From positions 1 through 64,000 of the forward strand of contig CAVVTZ010000009.1 of the NCBI GenBank assembly GCA_963751275.1: DNA of 64,000 bases. The letters are read 5' to 3'. The notes beneath the pieces are model-generated. The model saw nothing but the letters and a program-made list of their open reading frames with translations, was not told where the DNA came from and ran no database searches. This document shows, piece after piece, positions 50,742-59,276 of this stretch; within the stretch, counting starts at the first letter, position 1; each line of letters opens with the position of its first letter. The position numbers were made by a program, and so were the translations under genes. The stretch comes from an uncultured Gemmatimonadaceae bacterium (GTDB lineage: Bacteria > Gemmatimonadota > Gemmatimonadetes > Gemmatimonadales > Gemmatimonadaceae).

Positions 50742-51865
50742 GCGCCCTGTTCCGGCGGATCGCGGACTCGGCGTTCTGGCCGATGCTGTACAAGGAATTC
50801 CTGCAGATGCGCCGCGACCGGCTCACGCTCGCGATGATGGTCGTGTTGCCGGCGGTGCAGCTCATCGTGTTCGGCTTCGCGATCCGCACCGAGGTGCGGC
50901 ACGTGCCCACCGTGGTGCTCGACGAGTCGCGGTCGCAGGAGAGCCGTGCGCTGATCGAGGCGATCGTGAACACCGGCAACTTCGACATCGCGGCGGATGT
51001 GCGCAGCCGCGCCGAGCTGGAGGACTGGATCCAGCGCGGGGCGGCGGGCGCCGGGATCATCATCCCGCCGGACTTCCAGACCGATGTGAAGCGCGGCCGC
51101 ACGGCGAGGGCGCAGGTGATCATCGACGCCGCGGACCCGCTCTCGAGCCAGTCGGCGATCTCCGGCGCGACGCTGGCCGCCGCGGCGCACGGCGCGACGC
51201 TCCTGCCGGCGCCGATCGTGCCGCCGCTCGACCTGCGCGTGCGGCCGTGGTACAACCCGGCGCTCCGCAGCGAGACGTACATCGTGCCCGGGATGATCGG
51301 CATCCTGCTCTCGATCACGATGATCCTCATCACGAGCATGGCGGTGGTGCGCGAGCGTGAACGCGGCACACTCGAGCAGCTGATCGTCACGCCGATCGGC
51401 AAGACCAGCCTGATGCTGGGGAAGATCCTCCCCTTCGTGCTCGTGGGCTACACGCAGATGACCGTGGTGCTCGTGCTCGCGAAGGTGATGTTCAACGTGC
51501 CGCTGCGCGGCAGCATACTTGAGTTGTACGTGATCACCTTCGGCTTCATCACGGCCAACCTCGGCATCGGCCTGCTGGTGAGCACGCTGGTGCGCACGCA
51601 GGCGCAGGCGATGCAGTCGAGCTTCTTCTTCCTGATGCCGAACATCCTGCTGTCGGGGTTCATGTTCCCGCGGGCGGCGATGCCGCCGTTGGCCCAGTGG
51701 ATCGGCCTGCTGCTCCCGCTCACGTACTACTTGCAGGTGCTGCGGGGCATCCTGCTGAAGGATGTCGGTCTCGAGGCGCTCTGGCCGCAGACGCTCGTGC
51801 TGATCCTGTTCTCGGTGGTGCTGGTGTCGCTCAGCGTGAAGCGGTTCACCAAGACCATCGAGTAG
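50738..51865 (+). CDS. ABC-2 permease (YbhS/R-like)
   Basis: KEFLQMRRD, WYNP, RERERGTLEQL, LSGFMFP. Confidence 0.93.
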   Translation: MSALFRRIADSAFWPMLYKEFLQMRRDRLTLAMMVVLPAVQLIVFGFAIRTEVRHVPTVVLDESRSQESRALIEAIVNTGNFDIAADVRSRAELEDWIQRGAAGAGIIIPPDFQTDVKRGRTARAQVIIDAADPLSSQSAISGATLAAAAHGATLLPAPIVPPLDLRVRPWYNPALRSETYIVPGMIGILLSITMILITSMAVVRERERGTLEQLIVTPIGKTSLMLGKILPFVLVGYTQMTVVLVLAKVMFNVPLRGSILELYVITFGFITANLGIGLLVSTLVRTQAQAMQSSFFFLMPNILLSGFMFPRAAMPPLAQWIGLLLPLTYYLQVLRGILLKDVGLEALWPQTLVLILFSVVLVSLSVKRFTKTIE

Positions 51866-51968
51866 GCCGCCGCCTTAGGGTGTTCCAATCCGGCGCGCGC
51901 GGTCGTGCTTGCGCTCCCCGCGCGCGCCGGCACATTCTGGCCACCACCCGCACCTCGAGGGGGCATCC

Positions 51969-52748
51969 GTGACGACGCCAGCGCTTCGCCCGCGGTCGGC
52001 GACCGAGATCATCGACGTCTCGTTCCAGATCCTGCGCCACAATTACGGGGCGCTGGTGACGCTGTCGCTCGCGTCGATGCTGCCGATGGCGGCGGTCACC
52101 GTGATCGCCGGGGCGGGCGCGGGCGCCGGTGTCACGACGGTCACGGCGTTCGACGCGCTCAAGATCATCAGCTTCTTCGCGTCCTTCGTCTTCTACTTCG
52201 TCGCGCAGAACTCCGTGATGGTCGGCGCCTCGCAAGCATATCTGGGCGAGCCGGTGCGCGCCGGCGTCGCGCTCGCGCGGGCGGTGCGGCGCGTGGTGCC
52301 GCTCATGCTGTTGTCGTTCATTCTCTATATCGGCGTCATCATTGGCATGCTGTTCTTCATCTTTCCCGGGATCTACCTCGCGCTGCGCTGGGCGCCGTTG
52401 CCGATGGTCACGGTGCTCGAGGATGGCGATCCGGGGCAGACGCTGAAGCGCGTGTGGGCCCTCAGCCGCGACAACGCGCTGCACATCTTCGTGATCCTGC
52501 TCGTGCTCCTGTGCATCTACATCGCGGTCGCGTTCATCTCGTTGTTCCTGCTGTCCGGTTCGATGGTCCTCGGCCCTGCCGCGGCGCCGAAGGCGGGATC
52601 GATCCTCTACTACGCGGTGCTCGCGCTCTTCTTCCCGTTCTTCCAGATGGTGTTCGTCGCGCTGTACTACGACCTGCGCATCCGCCACGAAGGGCTCGAC
52701 GTCGAGATGATGACGCAGGCGCTCGGCGAAGCCGCCCCGCAGACCTGA
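51969..52748 (+). CDS. Integral membrane protein (paralog A)
   Basis: LRPRS..EIID N-terminus; LYYDLRIRHEGLD C-terminus; about 6 TM helices. Confidence 0.8.
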   Translation: MTTPALRPRSATEIIDVSFQILRHNYGALVTLSLASMLPMAAVTVIAGAGAGAGVTTVTAFDALKIISFFASFVFYFVAQNSVMVGASQAYLGEPVRAGVALARAVRRVVPLMLLSFILYIGVIIGMLFFIFPGIYLALRWAPLPMVTVLEDGDPGQTLKRVWALSRDNALHIFVILLVLLCIYIAVAFISLFLLSGSMVLGPAAAPKAGSILYYAVLALFFPFFQMVFVALYYDLRIRHEGLDVEMMTQALGEAAPQT

Positions 52749-52754
52749 GGACCC

Positions 52755-53537
52755 ATGGCCGACACCATGCTGCGCCCGCGCTCACCCACCGAGGCCGTCG
52801 ACGCCGCGTTGCGCCTTGCGACGGGACACCTCGGCAGCTGGGTCGCGGTGAACGCGCTCATCACGCTGCCGTCGATCATCTATTGGGTGCTCAATTTCGA
52901 CGCGATCGCGACGCCGCAGGGCATGGCGGCGGACCACTACCGGACCTTCGCGATCCTCGGCGTGGGGAACCTCGTGATCAATGGCCTCGCGACGGCGACC
53001 GTGGTGGCGGCGATGTCGGAGGTCTATCTCGGGCGTGCGCTGAACATCGGCGCCGCGTTCCAGCGCATGCTGTCGCGCGCGCCGATGCTGATCCTCGCGA
53101 TCCTGCTGCGATGGCTCCTGCTCATCGCCGGCCTCATCCTCTTCCTCGCGCCCGGCATCTACCTCGGCTTTCGCACGGTGTGCCTTGAGCCGGTCGCGAT
53201 GCTCGAACCGGAGCGCCGCGGGCCGGCCGGGATCTTCGGCCGCACCTGGTCGCTCGCGGAGGACCACGTCGGGCACCTCGTCCTCACGATGCTGCTGGTC
53301 ATCGTGATCTATCTCGCCGGCTACGCGGTGAGCGAGGTGATCATCCGGGTGCTCGGCTCGACCGTTCCGATGCTGGAAGCGCTGCGATCGAAACGGCTCG
53401 TCCAGACCGCGCTATTGCTCTTCGTGCAGCCGATCCTTCCGGCGACGATCACGGTGCTCTATTACGATCTGCGCGTCCGGAAGGAGGCGCTCGACCTGGA
53501 GCTGATGGCGGGTTCGCTCGAGACGCCCGCGGCCTAA
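52755..53537 (+). CDS. Integral membrane protein (paralog B)
   Basis: GAGGA RBS; LRPRS..EAVD; LYYDLRVRKEALD. Confidence 0.8.
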   Translation: MADTMLRPRSPTEAVDAALRLATGHLGSWVAVNALITLPSIIYWVLNFDAIATPQGMAADHYRTFAILGVGNLVINGLATATVVAAMSEVYLGRALNIGAAFQRMLSRAPMLILAILLRWLLLIAGLILFLAPGIYLGFRTVCLEPVAMLEPERRGPAGIFGRTWSLAEDHVGHLVLTMLLVIVIYLAGYAVSEVIIRVLGSTVPMLEALRSKRLVQTALLLFVQPILPATITVLYYDLRVRKEALDLELMAGSLETPAA

Positions 53538-54121
53538 CGCGCCTCCGGGGGCGCCCCCGGCAACGCGGCTGGGAGCTCGTGCTTCTGCGTGACGCCGCCC
53601 GACACGATGAACGCCATGACGTCGGCGCTCTCGCGCTCGATGCGACGGATGCGCGACCGCGGCACCACGAACAGATTGCCCGCGAAGTTGTAACTCTCCG
53701 GCAGATACACGGCCACGTGGTCGGTGAGACCGAAGTCGTCCATCGATTCGCTCGTGACGAACCCGATCGCCATCACCTGGCCATCCGGCTGCAGGGAGAC
53801 GAGCACGGGCTTGTCGAAGCGGCGCTTCTCGCCCACGAACGCGCTCAGCAGGTCCTTGCTGCTCGAGTAGAGCAGGCGCACGAAGGGCAGCTTGCGCATC
53901 AGCTCCTCGAACATCGCGAGCGCCTGGCGCGCGAAGATGTTCGTCGCGACGAATCCGATGAGCGTGATCGCCGCGATGGTGATCGCGAACCCGACCCCCG
54001 GCAGCGGGATCCGCAGCCAGCCGTCGATGAAATGGAACGCCGTCCAGCCGATGTAGAGCGTGAGCGCCACAGGGGCCGTGACGATCAAGCCTCTCAGGAA
54101 ATACGCGATCAGTCTACGCAT
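53534..54121 (-). CDS. DUF502 membrane protein
   Basis: YFLRGL..PV..T, LPFVRLLYSS.K, IGFVT, AVYLP.SYNFAG, FIVSGG. Confidence 0.88.
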   Translation of the reverse strand: MRRLIAYFLRGLIVTAPVALTLYIGWTAFHFIDGWLRIPLPGVGFAITIAAITLIGFVATNIFARQALAMFEELMRKLPFVRLLYSSSKDLLSAFVGEKRRFDKPVLVSLQPDGQVMAIGFVTSESMDDFGLTDHVAVYLPESYNFAGNLFVVPRSRIRRIERESADVMAFIVSGGVTQKHELPAALPGAPPEAR

Positions 54122-54163
54122 GCGACTCTGAGTTGGTGGGTCTAGGGCGTCTGATACGACTGG

Positions 54164-54319
54164 AACTGCGCGTGTAGCAACTAGTACCGCTGTGACGGCG
54201 CGTCTCGTAGGCAGCGTGTGGTACGGCGCTGCGGGAGTGGTCCTACTCACGCCGAGCGGTACTACACGCAGCCTACTAGACGCGCCGTTCGAGCGGTACT
54301 AGTTGCTACACGCGCAGTT
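54164..54319. repeat. ~160-bp long palindromic element, copy 3
   Basis: Perfect outer stem AACTGCGCGTGTAGCAACTAGTACCGC / GCGGTACTAGTTGCTACACGCGCAGTT; same core as the other copies. Confidence 0.93.
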
Positions 54320-55487
54320 ATTGTTTCACCTGGATCGGCACGGAGACGGCCGTCTTGTCCCATGTCAGCGTGAGCCCCTCCGGCGTGAAGCTGTATTTCA
54401 GCAGCTCCACCGCCGCCGGGAGCGTTGCCACGGTCATGTCGACGCGGGCGAGGTCCATCGCCGCGTCGTACTCCGTTCCCCACTCCTTGGTCTTCCTGCT
54501 GATCACGAGCTTCCACGCGGTGGCGTTCGGCACCATGAACAGCGTGTACTCACCGGCCGGCACCGCCGCACCGCCCATGATGATGTCCTTGCTCGTCGTG
54601 AACGTCGTGGCCGCATTCGCGCCGGCGCGCCAGATCACATCCCACGGCACCACCTCGCCGAAGATCACGCGCCCGCGGACGCTCGGCTCGCTGTACGCCA
54701 CCATGAGGTCCGAACCGCCGATGTTCGCGCGCACCGTGTCCGCTCTCGAGAGCGGGCCGATCGGCCGGTCCGCGTACCTCGCGGCGAATGCCTTCACGTC
54801 CGCGCTCGCGAGGCGCGTCACCACCACCTGCGTCGTCGAGCCCGGCGCGTCGTAGCCAAGGATGTGCCCCTTGGAGTCGATGTGCGCGCGGGCCACGCCG
54901 AGTTCGCTCTCGATCGACACAGAGTCCTTGCCCATCCGCTTGATCGTCGTGGTGTAATGCCCGGTGTCGTTCGCGAAGATCATCGGCACGCTGAGCGACT
55001 CCTTGCGGCTCGCGACCGCGCGCATCACGGCGGCCTCCCAGACGCCGAAGCCGTTGAACATCAGCGGCAGGGTGGTGGCCGGTGTCAGGATGTGCAGCGT
55101 GCGCGTGCTGTCGGTGGTGACGATCTCGTGGATCGCGCCCGGCAACGGCGTCATCGTGATGACCGCCAATGGCTTCGCATCCACCGGCGCGCCGGCCTTC
55201 GTGACGGTCACTTCGTACTTCGCGAGATTCCCCGCCTTGTCGAGCGTGAGCGTGTACGAGCGGATGTTGGTCGAGCGGTCGCTGCGCACGACGCTCGTGC
55301 CGCGCAGCGTCGCGCCATCGCGCACGTAGCTCTCCATGCCGAGTGTGTCGCGCCCGATCATGATCAGGAACGCGCCGCCTTCCTTGGCCGCCACGGACGC
55401 GGCCGCCAAGCTCCCGACCGCGATCAGGGCCGCGCCGAGCACCGCCGCGCGGCGCGCAGTGGAACCGATTCGATCGCCGATCCGCAT
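54318..55487 (-). CDS. Exported DUF2911-domain protein
   Basis: LS..DT, YSEPSVRGRVIFGEVVPW..IWRAGANAAT, PAGEYTLF, WGTEY. Confidence 0.85.
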   Translation of the reverse strand: MRIGDRIGSTARRAAVLGAALIAVGSLAAASVAAKEGGAFLIMIGRDTLGMESYVRDGATLRGTSVVRSDRSTNIRSYTLTLDKAGNLAKYEVTVTKAGAPVDAKPLAVITMTPLPGAIHEIVTTDSTRTLHILTPATTLPLMFNGFGVWEAAVMRAVASRKESLSVPMIFANDTGHYTTTIKRMGKDSVSIESELGVARAHIDSKGHILGYDAPGSTTQVVVTRLASADVKAFAARYADRPIGPLSRADTVRANIGGSDLMVAYSEPSVRGRVIFGEVVPWDVIWRAGANAATTFTTSKDIIMGGAAVPAGEYTLFMVPNATAWKLVISRKTKEWGTEYDAAMDLARVDMTVATLPAAVELLKYSFTPEGLTLTWDKTAVSVPIQVKQ

Positions 55488-55680
55488 GCTGACTCCCGTT
55501 CTAATGTTGGCCTGGGGGTTGAACCACAAGAATAGCGGCCATCGGCTCTCGGCGCTCGGCAGGGCGTGTTCGCAGGCGACAGCCGACAGTCGACAGTCGA
55601 CGTCCGCAGTTTGAATGCGAAACCGGATAGATTGAATTGATGGTCCGGCCTAGACTGGGTGCTCCAACCCGGAGGCCACC

Positions 55681-56772
55681 ATGCTGTCGACCGTGCTCGC
55701 GATCTTCCCCCCAGGCAGTGAACCCGACGTGGAATCTGATCTTCGCTGGACCGCCGTGCTCGCGCGTGACGCCGCCGCCGATGGCGCGTTCGTGTACGCG
55801 GTGCGCTCGACGCACATCTACTGCCGCCCCTCGTGTCCGAGCCGCCGTCCGCGACGCGAGAACGTCGCCTTCTTCCCGCGCGCCGAGGCGGCCGAGGCCG
55901 CCGGCTATCGCGCGTGCCGCCGCTGCCGACCGAACGAGGGCGTGCTGAACGAGCTCGAGATCGTCGAAGGGATCTGCCGCGAGATGGAGCGCGATGCGGA
56001 ATCGACGCCGGAGCTCGCCGAGCTCGCGACGCGAGCGGGTCTCGCGCCGCACCGGCTCCAGCGCGCGTTCAAGCGCGCCACCGGGATCACGCCGCGGCAG
56101 TACGCCGAGGCGTGCCGGATGCGCACCCTGCGCACGCGGCTGCGCGGCGGCGACGGGATCACGCGCGCGATGTTCGACGCGGGCCTCAGTTCCACGAGCC
56201 GGCTCTACGAGCGCGCGCCGCAGCAGCTGGGCATGACACCCGGCAAGTACAAGGCGGGGGCGCCGGGCATGCGCGTGGGCTACGCCGTGGTCGAGTCTCC
56301 CCTGGGCCGGTTGCTCGTGGCCGCGACGGCACGCGGCATCTGCGCGGTGAGCCTCGGCGGAGATGATCGCGAGCTCGAGCAAGCGCTCGCGCACGAGTTC
56401 CCGGGTGCGGAGCGCGTGCGCGACGACAAGGCGCTCGCGCCGTGGGTGGCGGTGATCCTCAAGCATCTGCGCGGCGAGGAGCCGCATCTCGATCTGCCGC
56501 TCGACGTGCGCGCCACCGCGTTCCAGCGCCGCGTGTGGCAGGCGCTGCAGGAGATCCCGTACGGCAGCACGCGCACCTACACCGCGATCGCGAAAGCGAT
56601 CGGCAAGCCGACGGCCGTGCGCGCCGTGGCACGCGCCTGCGCGACGAACCCGGCATCGCTCGTCATCCCCTGCCACCGCGTGATCCGTGAGGACGGCGCG
56701 CTGGGCGGCTACCGCTGGGGGATCGAGCGGAAGAAGCGCCTGCTGGAGCAAGAAGCGAAGCGGCGGGCGTAG
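55681..56772 (+). CDS. ada: Bifunctional Ada regulator / O6-methylguanine-DNA methyltransferase
   Basis: YCRPSC..RACRRC Zn site, AraC-type HTH, IPCHRV. Confidence 0.95.
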   Translation: MLSTVLAIFPPGSEPDVESDLRWTAVLARDAAADGAFVYAVRSTHIYCRPSCPSRRPRRENVAFFPRAEAAEAAGYRACRRCRPNEGVLNELEIVEGICREMERDAESTPELAELATRAGLAPHRLQRAFKRATGITPRQYAEACRMRTLRTRLRGGDGITRAMFDAGLSSTSRLYERAPQQLGMTPGKYKAGAPGMRVGYAVVESPLGRLLVAATARGICAVSLGGDDRELEQALAHEFPGAERVRDDKALAPWVAVILKHLRGEEPHLDLPLDVRATAFQRRVWQALQEIPYGSTRTYTAIAKAIGKPTAVRAVARACATNPASLVIPCHRVIREDGALGGYRWGIERKKRLLEQEAKRRA

Positions 56773-56781
56773 AGGACGCGC

Positions 56782-57489
56782 ATGCACTCCGACGCCGAGG
56801 CGCATCTCAAGAAGAGCGATCCCGTGCTGGGGCGGATCATCGAGCAGGTCGGGCCCTGCACGCTCCAGCCGCACATCGAGTCCACGTATTTCCAGTATCT
56901 CCTGCGCAGCATCATCTACCAGCAGCTGGCAGGGGCCGCGGCGCGGACGATCCATGACCGCGTGATGGCGATCTACGAGGGCCGCGCGCCCGAGCCCGAG
57001 GATGTCATTCAGACGCCCGAGCGAAAACTGCGCGCCGCCGGGCTCTCGACGCAGAAGGCGAGCTACATCCGCGATCTCGCGCGGCGTTCGGCGAGCGGCG
57101 AGCTGCCGCTGCACACGCTCGATGCGCTGAGCGACGAAGAGGTCACGCTCGCTCTGGTGCGGGTGAAGGGGATCGGGCCCTGGACGGCGCAAATGTTCCT
57201 GATGTTCCGGCTCGGTCGCCCCGACATCCTGCCCGACCTCGACTACGGCGTGAAGAAGGCGATGCAGATCGCCTACCGCATGCGCAAACTCCCGAACGCT
57301 CGCCGCATGCACGAGATCGGGAACGCGTGGTCGCCACACCGCACCGTTGCGACGTGGTATCTCTGGCGCAGCCTGGATCTCCCCGGCGCGCGTCCGAAGC
57401 GGAAGCCGGGGAAGAAGAACGCGAAGCCGAAAACGAAGGGCGGACCCAGGCGCCCGGCGCGCGGCGCTCGGCAACGGCGGAAGAAGTAG
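56782..57489 (+). CDS. alkA: DNA-3-methyladenine glycosylase II (HhH-GPD)
   Basis: IIYQQL, GLS.QK, VKGIGPWTAQM, LPDLD, WSPHRT. Confidence 0.9.
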   Translation: MHSDAEAHLKKSDPVLGRIIEQVGPCTLQPHIESTYFQYLLRSIIYQQLAGAAARTIHDRVMAIYEGRAPEPEDVIQTPERKLRAAGLSTQKASYIRDLARRSASGELPLHTLDALSDEEVTLALVRVKGIGPWTAQMFLMFRLGRPDILPDLDYGVKKAMQIAYRMRKLPNARRMHEIGNAWSPHRTVATWYLWRSLDLPGARPKRKPGKKNAKPKTKGGPRRPARGARQRRKK

Positions 57490-58709
57490 TGGCGGTTCGC
57501 GAGTCCCGAGTCCCGAGTCCCGCGTATTTCGTCGTCACGGCCCCCGGCCTCGAGACCATCACCGCCGCCGAGATGACCGCGCTGGGCCTCGAGCCCGGCG
57601 CGGTGGAACCCGGCGGCATTTCGTTCGATGGTCCCGTCGGCGCGCTCTATCGGGCCAACCTGCATCTGCGCACCGCGACGCGCGTGACCGCGCGTGTGGG
57701 CGAATTCGAGGCGCGGCACTTCGCCGATCTCGAGCGGCACGCGAAGGCGCAATCGTGGGCGCGCTGGATCAGCCCGTCGCGCGCCGTGCGTCTGCGCGTC
57801 ACCTGCAAGAAGTCGAAGCTCTATCACAGCGGCGCGGTGGCGCAGCGGATCTCCGGCGCGATCGCGCACGCGCTGGGCCATGCGCCGGAGATGGCGAAGG
57901 GCAGCGAGGATGACGACGAGTCCGGTGACGACGCGCAGCTCGTGATCGTGCGCCTGCTGCACGACCGGTGCACGTTGAGCGTGGACAGTTCGGGCGCGCT
58001 GCTGCACCGCCGCGGCTACCGGCTGCAGACGGCCAAGGCGCCCATGCGCGAGACGCTGGCCGCGGCGCTGCTCGCGGCGAGCGGATGGCCGGGCGACGCG
58101 CCGTTGGTCGACCCGATGTGCGGGGCGGGGACGATCGCGATCGAAGGCGCGATGCTCGCGCGGCGGATGGCGCCCGGCGCGCGCCGCGAGTTCGCCTTCA
58201 TGCAGTGGCCCGGTTTCGACGCGGCGCTCTGGACGCGGATGCTCGAGAAGGCGCAGGACCGCATGCTCCCGCGCGCGACGGCGCCGATCGTGGCATCCGA
58301 CCGCGACGCCGGCGCCATCGAAGCGGCGCGCGCCAACGCCGGGCGCGCCGGCGTCGCCACGGACATCGAGTTCACGCACACCGCGCTCTCCGGCATCGCG
58401 CCGCCGCCCAGTGCGCATGGCTGGCTCGTGACGAACCCGCCGTACGGCGTGCGGGTAGGCGACACGAAGGCGCTGCGCGATCTGTACGCCCAACTCGGCA
58501 ACGTCGCACGGCGTGCATGTTCGGGCTGGACGATCGCACTGATCTCCGCGAGCGCGGAGCTCGAACGTCAGGTCAGGGTCCCGTTCGCGGTCGCGCTCAA
58601 GACGCGCAATGGCGGGGTACCCGTGAGAATCGTGACGGCGCACGTTCCAACGGCGCGCGTGGGCCCTAGTACCGCTGGAGCGGCGCGTCTAGGAGGCAGC
58701 GTGTTGTAG
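57489..58709 (+). CDS. THUMP-domain RNA methyltransferase (RlmL-like)
   Basis: APGLE, LHRRGYR, APMRETLAAA, DPMCGAGT, TNPPYG. Confidence 0.9.
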   Translation: MAVRESRVPSPAYFVVTAPGLETITAAEMTALGLEPGAVEPGGISFDGPVGALYRANLHLRTATRVTARVGEFEARHFADLERHAKAQSWARWISPSRAVRLRVTCKKSKLYHSGAVAQRISGAIAHALGHAPEMAKGSEDDDESGDDAQLVIVRLLHDRCTLSVDSSGALLHRRGYRLQTAKAPMRETLAAALLAASGWPGDAPLVDPMCGAGTIAIEGAMLARRMAPGARREFAFMQWPGFDAALWTRMLEKAQDRMLPRATAPIVASDRDAGAIEAARANAGRAGVATDIEFTHTALSGIAPPPSAHGWLVTNPPYGVRVGDTKALRDLYAQLGNVARRACSGWTIALISASAELERQVRVPFAVALKTRNGGVPVRIVTAHVPTARVGPSTAGAARLGGSVL

Positions 58710-58811
58710 AGCAGGGCGGGAGTAGCTGCCGCCGCCACTCCCGCCCTGCCGTACTACACGCTGCCTCCCAGACGCGCCGTTCCAGCGGTACTAGGCCCCA
58801 CACGCGCCGTT
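58649..58811. repeat. ~160-bp long palindromic element, copy 4
   Basis: Same core; overlaps the last ~20 codons of the THUMP gene; an extra GCGGTACTAGTTGCT fragment follows. Confidence 0.93.
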
Positions 58812-58820
58812 AACGCGGTA

Positions 58821-59201
58821 CTAGTTGCTGGGCGCGCCCCTGTGGCTCTCGTCAGGCAGCAGCATCGACAGCACCGTGCTGACGATGCTGATCACGATCG
58901 AGCCGATGAGCGCGGGCACGAATCCCGCCACGTGGAATCCGAGTCCCAGCGAATTCGAGAGCGCGCTCGTGAGCATCAGCATCAGCGCATTGATCACGAG
59001 CAGGAAGATGCCGAGCGTGAAGATCACCACCGGCAGGCTGAGCAGCGTGAGGATCGGCCGCACGAACGCGTTCACGACGCCGAACACCAGCGCGACGCCC
59101 GCGAGCGCGAGCACGCTGCCGTCGGTGGAGATCCCGGTCACCCAGCGCGACGCGACCCAGAGCGCCGCCATGGTGATCAGGATGCGGATGATGAGCTTCA
59201 T
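58821..59201 (-). CDS. YvlD/phage-holin-family 4-TM membrane protein
   Basis: VNAFVRPIL..LSLP...TLGIF.LVINA.ML. Confidence 0.88.
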   Translation of the reverse strand: MKLIIRILITMAALWVASRWVTGISTDGSVLALAGVALVFGVVNAFVRPILTLLSLPVVIFTLGIFLLVINALMLMLTSALSNSLGLGFHVAGFVPALIGSIVISIVSTVLSMLLPDESHRGAPSN

Positions 59202-59276
59202 GTGGTGCCTCCGGAGGATGGAGCCGCGAACGATCCGGTAATCTGGGCGCGGCCGGGCGTTCCGGCTACTCGCCGG

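Noticed and set aside
36345..58811. Integron attC sites or gene cassettes
   Set aside because: Flanks do not fit RYYYAAC/GTTRRRY, elements are longer than typical attC sites, neighbours are convergent chromosomal genes, and there is no intI
58821..59201. Prophage (holin)
   Set aside because: YvlD-type membrane proteins are common chromosomal genes, and no phage genes are nearby
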